Assembly (NCBI RefSeq): GCF_006345805.1 | Contig: NC_043009.1 | Coordinates: 23,250,001-23,314,000, forward strand | Length of the DNA stretch: 64,000 bases | DNA from: Octopus sinensis | Lineage: Eukaryota | Reading direction: 5' to 3' | In this document: positions 1-12,311 of the stretch, in pieces | Numbering within the stretch: the stretch's first letter is position 1 | How the letters are laid out: each line of letters starts with the position of its first letter | Notes under the pieces: model-generated | Database searches by the model: none | Seen by the model: only the letters and a program-made list of their open reading frames with translations | What the model was told of the DNA's origin: nothing | Program-made: the position numbers and the translations under genes

Positions 1-39
1 TCCCTCCCCCTACATCTGATTGAGTACATGTGTTGCGTA

Positions 40-76
<37 letters not shown>

Positions 77-289
77 CGACTGACGTGATGTCGCATCGGC
101 TCCGCTGGTAATCCCTTTTTTCGACCTTTTATTGCACGCATTTTGTTTCAACTTTTGCACACAAGGTGTGTAAAGCCTACAGCTTTCGTTTGAGTGTGTT
201 TTCAAGCGAGGAATTAACCCCTAGGGGCAGTTTCAAACCTATTTACATTTACATTTTCTTCGATTTCCTTGACATATTTCTAAACAAAC

Positions 290-1269
290 ATGGCTAAGCG
301 AAGCCATGAGGCCGACTTCCCGTCTCTACCAAAGCTAGAGGTGAAGGAAGCTGAAATCAAAGCCGTTCCGCTTGAACGCACACAGGCTTTAGAAGGCACG
401 AATGCTTCTATTACTATAATCACTGCTTCCACCACTGCTACCACCACCACCGCCATCACCACCACAACCAACACGAATACCGATAATTTTGCCGCGGGTT
501 TGAAGCCAAAGAAATAAATAATGCATTTTTCCAAAGAAGAATTACTTGCCTGCAAAGAAATGTTTACAAAAAAATGAAGTCACTATTCAATTACAGACAC
601 CTGAAAACATTACAATATTATCTAAAAAAAATCCAAAGAAAACAATCATTTACAAGACACTCAACGCGAAAACAAAAGTACATGAAACAGCAGCCACTCA
701 TGAAAATGTGGGAAAATGTTTAAGGCCCATATGGGCCTTTAAAGACTACATAATGAGGGAAAACAGGTTTGCGATAATCGAAGTAAGATTCGACAGCGAA
801 GAGCGAGCCAATGACCTCTCCACAAGGTCCTTTCAACATGAAAATCTCCTCATGATCCCTACATACCTTAATTGTAGGGTCACAAAAATTAAAATAAAAA
901 ATGCCCCCCCCCCTCGAAATTGAAATAAAATGGCTCGTGTCTGCCATTTGCTATGATATCGAGGACGAAATCCATATATTGGAAACCGCTGCCCAGGTTG
1001 AGATTCTTGACCTGGCAAGAAGTCGAGATTGTTGCTCATTTCGATCCAGTGAATTTTGAAAAAATTCCCCACCGAATCCAATTGACAGAGGATTCGAGCT
1101 TGCATGACCCGCCGAAGGCAGAAAGCCAAGTTGCTACATTTGTGGTAGCAAAACACATTTAGAAACTAACTGCCCTCTAGCACAGAAACAACACCAACAA
1201 CAACGACAACAACGTGCGACGGTGAAAATTCGGTTGTTTGATCGAGCTGCTTGTTCCATCATGTGAATT
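290..1269 (+). pseudogene. Decayed ORF1 (gag-like) of an L1/Tx1-type non-LTR retrotransposon with CCHC zinc knuckle
   Basis: Protein-like segments in shifting frames: MAKRSHEADFPSL..., RFAIIEVRFDSEERANDLSTRSF...TKIKIKNAPP, WLVSAICYDIEDEIHILE, IPHRIQLTEDSSLH, then EGRKPSCYICGSKTHLETNCP. CX2CX4HX4C lies at 1132-1173. Stops and frameshifts throughout. Confidence 0.75.
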
Positions 1270-1989
1270 TACTATAAAAATACTGATATTGGTATGAGAG
1301 CAATAAAAGCACGTGATATGAACTAACCAATGCCTGTCCACTACCACCACCACCACCACCACCACCACCAAAAACAACAACAATAACAGCACCATCACCA
1401 CTATCACGACGACAACGACCGCTACCACCACCACCTCTTCCTCTTCTTCTTCTTTTTCTTTTCCTTTTCTTCTTCTTCTTTTTCTTCTCCTTCTTCATCT
1501 TCTTTGGTGATATCTATGACTCAAGGCTTTCCCCTCTATAGCCCTTTTACCCTTTTGTATACCAAGAGAATTAGTATATTGCGTAAGACGTCTGTCCTTG
1601 TTTGAAGATATTCAGGTGTGATTTGAAAGTGAATTAACTGTCATTTCTGGCAGTAGTGTGTTTAACAGAATAACTTGCATTTAACTAACGTCTTTTTACA
1701 TTCCAGATTTCAAACCCGCCATATTGACTTTACTTTCGCAGAACTTTGCTTTTCCGCTATGTTTACTTTGATAAAATAAATATCAGTCAAGTCTAGACGT
1801 AGATATAATTAATATAATCAATATATTCCGCCATACACATAAAGCACAGGCTTTTTGCAAATCGATGATCGATCGATTCGGATTTTGGTCAACCATATTA
1901 TTAACAAAATGGTGACTTGCTCAGATTATTTCTTACATACGCAAAATATCAACAGCTACACCACCACCACCACCACCACCACCACCAGC

Positions 1990-2023
<34 letters not shown>

Positions 2024-2055
2024 CTACCTCCATTATAGTAGTCTCTCATATAGAT

Positions 2056-2252
2056 TTCAAATTTTGGTACATGGGGTAGGGAATAAGCTGATTACATCGA
2101 CCCCAGTGCGTAACTGGCGCTTATTTTATCGGCGCCGAAAGGATGACAGGCAAAGTCGAACCCAGTAGAATTTAAACTCAGAACGTAAAGACGGACGAAA
2201 TGCCGCTCAGTATTTTCCCCAGAGTGCTAACAATTCTTCCAGCTCATCGCCT
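2056..2252 (-). mobile_element. tRNA-derived SINE, family A
   Basis: Reverse complement matches the window-wide family: GGCGGCGAGCTGGCAGAA A-box head, GAGTTCAAATTCC B-box, core GCCTTTCATCCTTTCGGGGTCGATAAAATAAGTACCAG. Confidence 0.85.
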
Positions 2253-2386
2253 AATGTAATCCCTAATATAAAAAAAAAAAACAAAGAAACTGGATGGCCA
2301 TGGCTAGAACGCATTTAGTGACAGGTTTGAAGAAAAACTGCAACAACGTAGAAGTATTAATAAAACCAAACTTTTACTTGTTTCAG

Positions 2387-2413
2387 TCACACACACACAC
2401 ACACACATTTATG

Positions 2414-2504
<91 letters not shown>

Positions 2505-2520
2505 GTATATGTATATGTAT
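2387..2520. repeat. (CA)n/(TA)n compound microsatellite
   Basis: Directly visible; abuts the 3' end of the RTE relic. Confidence 0.95.
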
Positions 2521-2521
2521 A

Positions 2522-3690
2522 TCTCGGCTTGGCTCGTTGACGAAGATTAGGACAGCTGTTGTCCGCGTTGTCTACACGCTCGTTCGTGGTTGATAAGACC
2601 GATGTGGGATCGACATATCCGATTGCAATGATGATAGAGCTATGGTTGTCCAGGGTCTGATTATGCAGCTGCATTAATTTTTCGCTCTCACGTTAGATTT
2701 TAAGAGATGCACTGCGAGAGATCTCAAAGGAAGAAACAGCATCGCTGATGGTATAGCGCCAAGCAACACGGTCAGCTGTTAGAGTGGACCACGCACGATT
2801 ATCAATGTCACAAACGCTAAGGGACTGCTTCAGGCAGTCCTTGTAACGCTCCTTTGGTTCCCTCTCCACACCTGTTGCTCGCCGTACATGATGATCTTGG
2901 GTAGGCGGTGATCTTTCATCCTGTCAACGTGTCCTGCCCAACGTAGTCGTGTCTCAAGTAAAATGACTTCCAGGCTGGTGACCTTCGCTTGCTTGAGGAC
3001 CTCAGTGTTGGTGATGTAGTCGCTCCAGTAGATGTTGAGTATGGTACAAAGGCAGTGTTGGTGAAAACGTTCAAGAGGCCTGTGATGACAGTGGTAGGTG
3101 ACCCAGGACTCAGGGCCATATAGGAGTTGGTTGCTGACTGGTTGCTGCTGGATGTGGAGGATTGCATTTTCCTGGATAACTCGGTTTGCACAGAAAAGTG
3201 TCTGAAAGTATTCAGATCAGCGGTTGAATATGGATGCTGCGTCTGTGAGCAGCCCCTGGCCATCTGAGCTCCGCAGGGGACTCCGGACTTGATGTGCTGG
3301 GCCGTAGACTGCTTTCAAAGTTTCATAGAACCCCTTGTAGTCGCAAGAGTTAGCGCACATCTAGGTTCTCCGTGCGAGGTTGGCCCACCACTCATTCTGA
3401 ACTTCACGGGGTTTGCGCTGCAGAAAGCTGCAGGCTTGGCGAAAGACCGCTTTCTTCTCTTGGCAGGTCGATTGTGCCAGGTGTGCTTGGTGGACAGACT
3501 TCTTCTTTAATAATTCCTGGATCAGCACATCGTTTTCGTCAAACCAATCCTTGTTCTTTTTCTTCGTAAACCCAAGGATTTCTGCAGAGGCCTGTAGGAT
3601 GGCAGTTTTCAGTTATTCCCATAAGATTTCTGGTGAGGGATCTGAGGGCCGATTGGATTTAGTAGACGTAAATTGCATGAAACTCCTTAG
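2522..3690 (-). mobile_element. RTE-clade (BovB-like) LINE relic, RT core deleted
   Basis: Minus strand: LGFTKKKNKDWFDEND...WWANLARRT*...FYETLKAVYGP...LRSSDG, then LLYGPESWVTY...RFHQHCL...RLRWAGHVDRMKDHRLPKIIMYGE, and terminal CNRICRSHIGLINHERAC, stop at 2546-2548. Confidence 0.9.
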
Positions 3691-3724
3691 AATATATATA
3701 TATATAATATATATATATATATAT

Positions 3725-4083
3725 TATTATTGAATGGAAGAAATGGAGTTGAACGAAGATTGTACAGAATTCCTTTTATTACATTCTACACATGTTTCAA
3801 AGGCCACAAATTTCCAAATTCTGATTAAATAAGGGTACCATATTGTGGCTTTCTCATCAGGAAAAAACAGGAATTCCGTTGACAGAACAAAACAGAACAG
3901 AGGCGCCTCTGTTCTGTTTTGTTCTGTCAACGGAATTCCTGTTTTTTCCTGATGAGAAAGCCACAATATGGTACCCTTATTTAATCAGAATTTGGAATTT
4001 GTGGCCTTTGAAACATGTGTAGAATGTAATAAAAGGAATTCTGTACAATCTTCATTCAACTCCATTTCTTCCATTCAATAATA
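3725..4083. repeat. Near-perfect 359-bp palindrome (180/179-bp arms, no spacer), Penelope pLTR-like
   Basis: Centre GAGGC|GCCTC between 3904 and 3905. Arms differ by one substitution and one 1-nt indel. Confidence 0.97.
3946..4024 (+). ncRNA. Type-I hammerhead ribozyme motif (family H1); mirror copy 3784-3863 on minus strand
   Basis: TTC, CTGATGA (3949-3955), stem II GAAAGCCACAA/TTGTGGCCTTT, GAAAC (4010-4014), loop ATGT, GTA (4019-4021), GAA. AATAAA follows at about 4028. Stem I is only 3 bp. Confidence 0.7.
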
Positions 4084-4226
4084 TATTAAACTTCAATTAT
4101 CCGCACCAACGCACGGTTGCAACACCAAATGGTCTTATCTCCAACCGTGTATTTTCTGCTGCGATTTTTGCTACCCAGGTATCGGTTAAACTTTTGAATA
4201 ATCTGTAACAAGAAAATTCATCTTTC

Positions 4227-4249
<23 letters not shown>

Positions 4250-4296
<47 letters not shown>

Positions 4297-4545
4297 CGTA
4301 TGTATGTGTGTGTGTATGTGTTTGTCTCTCTCACTGCTAGACAGCTGGTATGATCTTTTTGTACGTCGCTTGGCAGTTGGTATGGTTTGTTTCCGTCCCT
4401 GTAACTTAGTGGTCGGCAAAAGAACCTATAGAATAAGTACCAGACTTTAAAATAGACACTGGGGTTGATGATTTGACTGAAACCCTTCAAGGCGGTGCCC
4501 CAGCATGGCCACAGTCCAACGACTGAAACAAGTAAAAGATGAAAG
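4250..4545 (+). mobile_element. 3' half of CORE-like SINE family B/C
   Basis: (TG)n followed by ...GTAACTTAGTGGTCGGCAAAAG...AAGGCGGTGCCCCAGCATGGCCACAGTC...TGACTGAAACAAGTAAAAG, as in the full copy at 35829-36243. Confidence 0.8.
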
Positions 4546-5428
4546 ATACGATTTGGGCTCGGAGCATAAAGCAAGATAATTAAATACTAGGATATACAGA
4601 ACAACGCAAGACTAACACAAGAACACAGTGACTTTTGGTTATAAAGCTGAGTTTTTCTATAATTCTATGAATGAAAGATGAGAGTGGGGTGAGAGATAGA
4701 TAGAGACAGACAGAAAGGAGAGGGAAAGGAAGAAGAAAAAGACCCATAAGATATATAGACTTTACTTAAAAATGCATTTAAGACGAGAACGTTGACTGAT
4801 GTAGTATTAGATAGAGGTGGATAGATAGAAACAGAAAGGTAGAGAATGACAGATAGAAAACGAGTGAAGGAGAGAGAGATGGGGAGAGATGGGAGGGAGA
4901 GAGATATGGAAGGGAGAGAGAGAAGGTGGAATGCAGAGAGAGAGAGAGAGTAAAAGAGAATAGTGTCACGGGTCAGAAACGAAATAGCGTTAACTACTCA
5001 ACTAATCACTAGTTACTGTTATTAATGAGGACGGGCGTGAAGTGTGAATGAAAAAAAAAGCAATGAACAGTATATAAAATGTAAAAAAATATATAAAGAG
5101 AAATAAATAAGTAAATAATCTCGTAAATAAATAAATAAATAAATAACGCCATAAACATATACATAAATGTATATATAAATAAACGCCGAAAGTTTCGGCT
5201 CGTGTTTCAGTATGAGAAGGAATAAAACGGAGTAGAATGATGCCAAAATGAATTCTATAAGTATAGTGGAACCTTGGTAATTTTCATAATTATATTTTGA
5301 AACGATACACGATACAAGAGCCGCAAAATCTTGTAGACTGATTATATCTAGTTGGTAGCGTTTGATCTCTTCCACTAGTTCCTGCTCTTTAGCCATAAGT
5401 GTTGTGACATTGCAATATTCTTGACCTT

Positions 5429-6190
5429 TAAGGCGGCGGGCTGGCAGAAACGTTAGCATGCCAGGCGAAATGCTTAGCGGTGTTTCGTATGTCTTTACGT
5501 GTTGAGTTCAAATTCCGCCGAGGTCGACTTTGCTTTTCATCCTTTGAGGGTCGATAAAATAAGTACCAGTTATGCACTGGGGTCGATGTAATCGACTTAA
5601 TCCTGTCCTTCTTTGTCCCCTCTGTGTGCAGCTCCTTGTGGGCAGTAAAGAAATAAGAAACGTTAGCATCCCAGGCGAAATGTTTAGTGGTGTTTCGTAT
5701 GTCTTTACGTTCTGAGTTCAAATTCTGTGTAGGTTGATAAAATAAGTACCATTTGCGTACTGGGGTCGATCTAATCGACTGGCTCCTTCCCCAAAAATTT
5801 CGGGCCTTGTGACTAGAATAGAAAATAATTCCTAAGGCGGCGAGCTGGCAGAAACGTTAGCATGCCGGGCGAAATGCTTAGCGGTACTTTACGTTCTGAG
5901 TTCAAATTCCGTTGTGGTCGATCTAATCGACTGGTCCCCTCCCTACAAATTTTGGACCTTGTTCCTAGAGTAGAAAAGAATATTCTCGACCTTCAAGGCG
6001 GCGTGGTAGCAGAATCATAAGCACACCGGGTGAAATACTTAGCGGCATTTCGCCTGGTCTTTACGTTCTAAGTTCAAATTCTGCTGAGGTCGACTTTACC
6101 TTTCATCCTCATGAGGTCGATAAAATAAGTACCAGTCGAACACTGGGGTCGATGTAATCGACTTACCTCCCTCCCCCGAAACTGCTGGCC
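5429..6190 (+). mobile_element. Array of four head-to-tail family A SINEs
   Basis: Repeated A-box/B-box/core units starting near 5429, 5657, 5833 and 5993. Confidence 0.85.
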
Positions 6191-6604
6191 AAAATTTGAT
6201 ATCAATATTCTCGATCCTTAAGGATTGTTCCCTTCTGGACACACAGAACCTCCCAGAACCTGCTGCAGGCTTATTGCTGGTTGTACTGACATTTGATGGG
6301 GACTACAATATATTTTTCGAACGGATCGAAAAGTGTACGATCGCGAATACAAGTGGCCGAACTGGGATTCCTCCGAAGGGTCTCTCGAGTAACTTTACTC
6401 GACAGTGGGGGCATAGCTCGGATTGAAAGTCACAGCCCCTGTACTACGAACACGTGATTACAATACAGTTTAAGAGGGGAGGAATTATGTACATTATTTA
6501 CATTATTTACAGTTGAAGGATATTTGTCTTCATCTTGTCACAAATGATATACCAGACAGTGGCTCTCATGGCTTCTCATCTTAACTGATTGGAAGTGTTA
6601 TCAT

Positions 6605-7085
6605 GTACATTGTTTTGTCTTGGTATAAAAGATGGGCTACAGCAAATATTCTGCTCAATACCACAGATTTGCTTGTCAGTTGTTTGACCTTAACCAGTTG
6701 ACCATGTCCCTTAGTGGCTGATGATATGTGCATCTCTGATCACGAGCAAAAGTAGTGGGGGAGCATCATAGCTATATGTTGAGAGGGATTCTTTGAGGTT
6801 TGAATAATTCACTTCTGGAAACATTGGTGTTTCGTTCAACATCCTTAAACAACCCTTATTCAGGGACCTTTTTGAGTGGGATGGGTTACTCGACCAGAAC
6901 AAAATTCTAACTGGGCCCCACCTGCAAGGTCATGTGTTGTTTATCTTGTATGAGATCACCATGTCGCACACGATGCATGTGCCTGGTGTACCCTTATCAG
7001 ATGGGTAGTCACGATGGGTATACTGGGCTTCGTATATTTTACCCCAGTGTCACTTTGATGGCATGCACTGTTCTCTCACTCAATA
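6605..7085. repeat. Unclassified interspersed repeat (copy 1; copy 2 at 13802-14100)
   Basis: GTCTTGGTATAAAAGATGGGCTACAGCAAATATTCTGCTCAATACC...CTCTCACTCAATAATAAT recurs at 13802-14100 with an internal deletion. Confidence 0.8.
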
Positions 7086-7425
7086 ATAATAATTTCTATT
7101 ATTATAATAGTAATCATTATTTCAAGTATAACCTCAAGAAATGGCAGAGCAATGTACTTTATGTCTTATGGTATTTTCATATTTGGTCGTCCAAATGAAG
7201 AAAAAATCAGACGAAAGAGCCTTTTATATGGTTTCTCGACCTGCTAGATATACATGCTAAATTTCTTCAACTCACACTAACCATCTTAAACAGAAAGGAC
7301 ACGTTGGATAATATGGTCCGGACTACGTTATTTGTGATGACAAAAAAAAAAAATAACGTGGGATGGTCATGGCAGAAATGCCTTTAATATATCTACTTGA
7401 TCAGGATCGACAGGAGTGAGACAAC

Positions 7426-7436
7426 TACAACAACAA

Positions 7437-7488
<52 letters not shown>

Positions 7489-7590
7489 TGTAGCAAAACC
7501 AGCAGCAGCAACTGTAGCAAAACCAGCAGCAGCAGCAACAGCAGCAACAGCAGCAAGAGCAACAGCAGCAGAAACAATAGCAGCTAGCAA
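7426..7590. repeat. (CAA)/(GCA)n trinucleotide repeat with a duplicated GCAACTGTAGCAAAACCA unit
   Basis: Directly visible. Confidence 0.9.
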
Positions 7591-9049
7591 CTGAGCAAGC
7601 ATAGTGTTTTACAGAATAAATTACTGAGGGACGTCATCTGCATAGAAAATAAAACATGTCAAAACAAAAACAAACAACTAAAACATTGAAATTCTTAGGT
7701 CTAAAATAAGTCTAAATGGTCATTAGGACAGAGGTTATTTTGGTTCCTAGGCGGTATAAGTGATTGACAATACAATATTCCCCTCTGAACAGGATGTTAG
7801 CTCTATGAGTTAACCCTCAACAGTTAATGGCACTTTTCCAGTTGAGTCAAAGCACAAAGCACCTCCTAGTCTGGGAATTGAAACTACAACCTTACAATTG
7901 TCAGTTCAACATCTTAACCAGAAGGTCACAAGCTCTTCGTGAGCAGTTACCTCCGTGTTAACATATTTTATGCAGTAAGCATTAAAAAGCTAATTAAAAG
8001 TAATTATGCGCTGAAGAAAATGTAATATTAGTTAAGGACTGTTCGGGTGAACCAATGATTAGAAAAGAAGACCGTTCCAAGCATGACCGTTCCATCTATT
8101 TGGGAGTGTCTTTCATTACATTGTCCAATATATTGTTTCTTTTTTCTTTTAATATGCTAGGTTATATAGATTTTGAAGAAATCGGTTTCTCTTTCTAGCA
8201 AATCAAACGAGCGCATAAAGGTTCCTTTTACGTGGCTCGGGAATCTGTAGTTTGTTAGTATCGCTGTTACTCTATAGCCCTGCTGTATAATTTTTGTTTT
8301 ATTTTTGTAATTGTCTGTTTTTTGTTATTTGTAATGGAGACTGAAAGAAATGGTGATGGGGGATATGGTAATATGTTAGGGGAAGAATGAAAAAAAGGGG
8401 AGGAGGAGGAGGAGGAGAGGAGGGGAATGCAGAGGAGGCGGAGGAGAAATACTTGGTGAAGTGAAATGGAAGAAGCAGAAGATAACGAAAATATATATAA
8501 TATATATAAATACAATAAAGAAAAAGAAAAAAGGACGCGGGGAACAGATGTAGATATGACTAGAGGATTGTGCGAAATGAGAAGGGCAGACGATGAGTAT
8601 TCATGAAGTAAAACGAAGCAAATATCGAGTAGAGGGACTCGAGGAAGTATTGTGTTAAGTCTCCTAAGGTGATCTTTTCTCTGAAAAGGTAGAATTGCTC
8701 ATAGAGAAAGAATGTTATTTAGAAACGAAAATAGACCGGAGAGATTCCGAGACAATATTGTTATGAAGAGTGGTGTAGGTATACTTTAAGTTGGATTTTT
8801 TGAAGGTATAAGCGAATAAGTAAATAAATAGGTATCCATTTCAAGTTGAAGAGAAAGCCTTCATTCATAAATATTACAGGTAAACACAGTAAGTTTGATT
8901 TTGAAGGTAAGAATAAGTAAATATCTATATAAATGTATATAAAATGTCAGGTTGAAGGGAAAGATTTCATTTACATACATGATATAGATATTATGCTTGT
9001 GTGGGTTAGGAGTATGTATATACATACACACACAAATATGCATACACAC

Positions 9050-9068
9050 ATTTATCTATCTATCTATC

Positions 9069-9133
<65 letters not shown>

Positions 9134-9262
9134 CCTATCTATCTATCTATCTATCTATCTATTACCTACCTACCTGGCTACCTACCTACCTACCTACCTA
9201 CCTACCTACCTACCTACCTACCTACCTACCTACCTACCTACCTATCTACCTACCTACCTCTC
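9050..9262. repeat. (TATC)n-(TACC)n compound tetranucleotide microsatellite
   Basis: Directly visible. Confidence 0.95.
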
Positions 9263-9689
9263 TCTATATAAGAGAGTGCATTCAAAAGATGATTTTTGCT
9301 CGACGAATGAGGGAGACAGAAATCAATAAGTGATATGGAGTTTATGGGCTTTTAAACTACACTCCTTCCTCATAACTCGAGTTTCACGCCAAAGCGATCG
9401 TCAGGCGTGAGCGACGGTGGTAGCATTAAACACGATTTACCAGAAAAATCATACAGTTTATACATATGTATATACGCATATACACACACGTATACACAAA
9501 CCACACACACAAATACACATACACGCGCAAACACATACGCATACACACAAAATCCATAAAACAAATTATCCTTTATGTAATAGCCTTTGCAAAACACGGA
9601 AAACAAGAAACAATCTCATTTTAACGAACAAAAGCTTACTGAAATGCTTCGGTTCTTGTTTAAATCCAAATTAAGCATAATTCTTTTAT

Positions 9690-10057
9690 TTGTTTCAGTT
9701 ATTGGATTGTGGCCACGCTGGGGGTAAGGCCTTTAACAATTTAGTCGAACAAATCGATCCTTGGATATATGTTTTTAAAGATTGGTACTATATCGGTTCC
9801 TTTTTGCTGAACTGTTAAGTTACAGGGACGTAAATAAATCAACACTGGTTGACAAGCGATGAGAGGGCAAACACAAAGACATACAAACATACATGTTTAC
9901 ATATATACATGCACACACGCGCATGACGCGCTTTCGTACAGTTTCCGCCTACCAAATTCCCTCGCAAAGCATTACTAGAAGGCACTTGCCTAAGGTGCCG
10001 CGCAGTAAGACTGAACCCAAAGCAAGCTTTTTACCCACACAGCCATGACTGTGCCTA
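9690..10057 (-). mobile_element. CORE-like SINE family B/C, degenerate
   Basis: TTTCAGTTATTGGATTGTGGCCACGCTGGGG...AAGGTGCCGCGCAGTAAGACTGAACCC...CACACAGCCATG, reverse complement of the family consensus. Confidence 0.75.
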
Positions 10058-10329
10058 TGAGCAAATCTATGATCAAAGACCTTCCAAACATGAATATATG
10101 GGAGGTAACATAAATAATAATAATAATATACTTATTGAATAACTTCACTTTTAAGACAGTAGGATGTGATTTGTTTGAGATTTGGCTGTTATTTCTAGCA
10201 TATCAAGTGACCGCATAATATCTGTCTCGTTAATTCGTTTGTTCAGAGAAAATGCGTAACTAAAGATCTTCCTTTGACTTTCATTCAAAGGTTCTACTTC
10301 ATATTTTACATTAAAAATAACATGCGCCA

Positions 10330-10985
10330 CGTACTCACAATCTTTAGGCGTCCCATGCAGAGACCGCAGGAGCTACTCAGAGGCATTGCACGTTCGTCTT
10401 CTGGATCCATCTTAATGTCGGGAACCCTTTCGTATCAACTGCAGATATCTCATAAGCATTTTTTCCCCTTAGCCAGTACTCCTCGCTTGAGTGGGGCATC
10501 GAGGACCGAACTAGTCTTCGCCCGTAGAAAGGTTCCACATGTGGTCTCTTGTAAATAACAGCTACCTTGAGCTGTTTTCAGTTGCCATGCCCAATTCCTT
10601 GGTGGATTTCTTTAGGTGTCTGGGTTCTAAGCCAATCTTCTGTAGGAAATAGCGCACAGCTCTACTTGAAAAGTAACAACAGCTAATTTTAATAAGGAAT
10701 GAGGCCGCGTGCTACCCTTTGACAAGTGCCTCGTCGAACAAGTTCTGATATTTGGTTTTGATTTGTTGGTAAGAAATATCGATTCTGTCTTCCTAGAACA
10801 CTGTAAGTTCATCCACAATGATTGTTTTTGCACCTCCGAAGAGCAGGAACATATCTGGGTGGAGTGATGTTACTGCTATCACCTCTGCTAAGGCTAAAAT
10901 ACCCTTCAGGGTCATTTACATCTCCCCAGTCTGAAGTTGGATGCAAAATGTAAAATGGGTCTTTTTCTGTTGGGCCAAAGTTTAA
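10330..10985 (-). mobile_element. 3' fragment of HERO-like (R2-group) non-LTR retrotransposon, restriction-like endonuclease domain
   Basis: Minus strand AVTSLHPDMFLLFGGAKTIIVDELTVF*EDRIDISYQQIKTKYQNLFDEALVKG*...SCCYFSSRAVRYFLQKIG...ATENSSR*LLFTRDHMW. This resembles the T.LRPD...ELTVPWE...K..KY...GW...EVGCRGF pattern of HERO-type RLE domains. Confidence 0.7.
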
Positions 10986-11017
10986 AACCTTTTTTCTTAA
11001 TATTATATAACGATTTT

Positions 11018-11225
11018 AAGGCAGCGAACTGGCAAAATAGTGAGTGCGCTGAACAAACGCGTAGCGGTATTTCGTCCGTTTTTATGTTCTGACTTCAAAT
11101 GCCGCAGAAGTCGAATTTGCATTTTATCGTTTCGGGGATCTATGAAATAAGTACCTGTCGAGCAATGGGATCGATGTAATCGACTTACACACTATCACTA
11201 AACTTCAGGCCTTGTGGTTTTAGCA
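11018..11225 (+). mobile_element. Family A SINE
   Basis: AAGGCAGCGAACTGGCAAAA head, GACTTCAAAT B-box, core and CAGGCCTTGTG tail. Confidence 0.8.
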
Positions 11226-11569
11226 GACAGGCTTATTATATAATGATTGTATTAAATAGAATGGACGAATTGCTTATTTGGTACACTAAATCCTTTTTCA
11301 TTTTAGAATATCAAATGATTCCTACACAGTTATAACTCTGTTATCTTCAAGTGAATGCAATCAAATTTAATGAGTTTTATGAAGATATTTCGCTTCATTA
11401 AAATGCTTAATTAAGATGATTTACGACATTTAAACTGAGAAATTTATTATGGACACTATGTTTCTTTTCATGAATATATCATAACTCTTTTTATAAAAAT
11501 CAATATTACCATTGTAATAATAATTACAATTGAATCGTCTATAGAAATCTATTCAAGTCCATTTAGATT

Positions 11570-11780
11570 TCAAGTTTTGGCACAAGACCAGGAGTTTTGA
11601 GGGAGGGGGCTAAGTCGATTACATTGATCGCAGTGTTCAACTGGTACTTATTTTATTGACTCCCAAAGGATAAAAGACAAAGTTGACCTAGGAAGAATTT
11701 GAACTCAGAACGTAAACACAGACGAAATGTCGCTAAGCATTTTACCCGGCGTGCTAATGACTCTTCCAGCTCGCCATCTT
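11570..11780 (-). mobile_element. Family A SINE
   Basis: Reverse-complement match to the family consensus. Confidence 0.8.
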
Positions 11781-12273
11781 TATTCATGTCCATATTTTTC
11801 AGTAATTACTTAAGATCTTTGCTGCCAATGGAGCACAAACCGTCAACAACTTCTTTCTACAGTTCTCGACTCTGGGCTATCTTCTCCCCTCACAAGTTTT
11901 GTTGGTTTTGAATCGTCATCGATGCTTCTGTACCTTAGATTTTTTTCTTGGCAGGGCTGTTAGCCTTAACGCAAACCCATTTTTATCCGTGGGTGTTATC
12001 TTGTATAAAAGCTGTCCCATGTCGAGAAAGGTGTGTTTGATTAAAAGAGTCCTTGCTTTTGAGCCCGAAGGTAATAAAGGCAAAGACAACGTTGTGAAAA
12101 TGTAAATTCAGAATATAAAAAAAAAGGATTATCTCAATACCACAGAGATTTGGTGGCCCTAATCTATGGATCCTTCTAAACTCAGGTAAATATAGAAGCA
12201 AAAGCTATCATGTACATGCAAACTATCCTTACAGCTTGCCACCTGAGTAAATATAAAACAATAATAATAATAA

Positions 12274-12311
<38 letters not shown>

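Noticed and set aside
7393-7602. Poly-alanine ORF resembling an antifreeze or homopolymer protein
   Set aside because: It is a (GCA)n microsatellite with no splice signals or flanking coding sequence.
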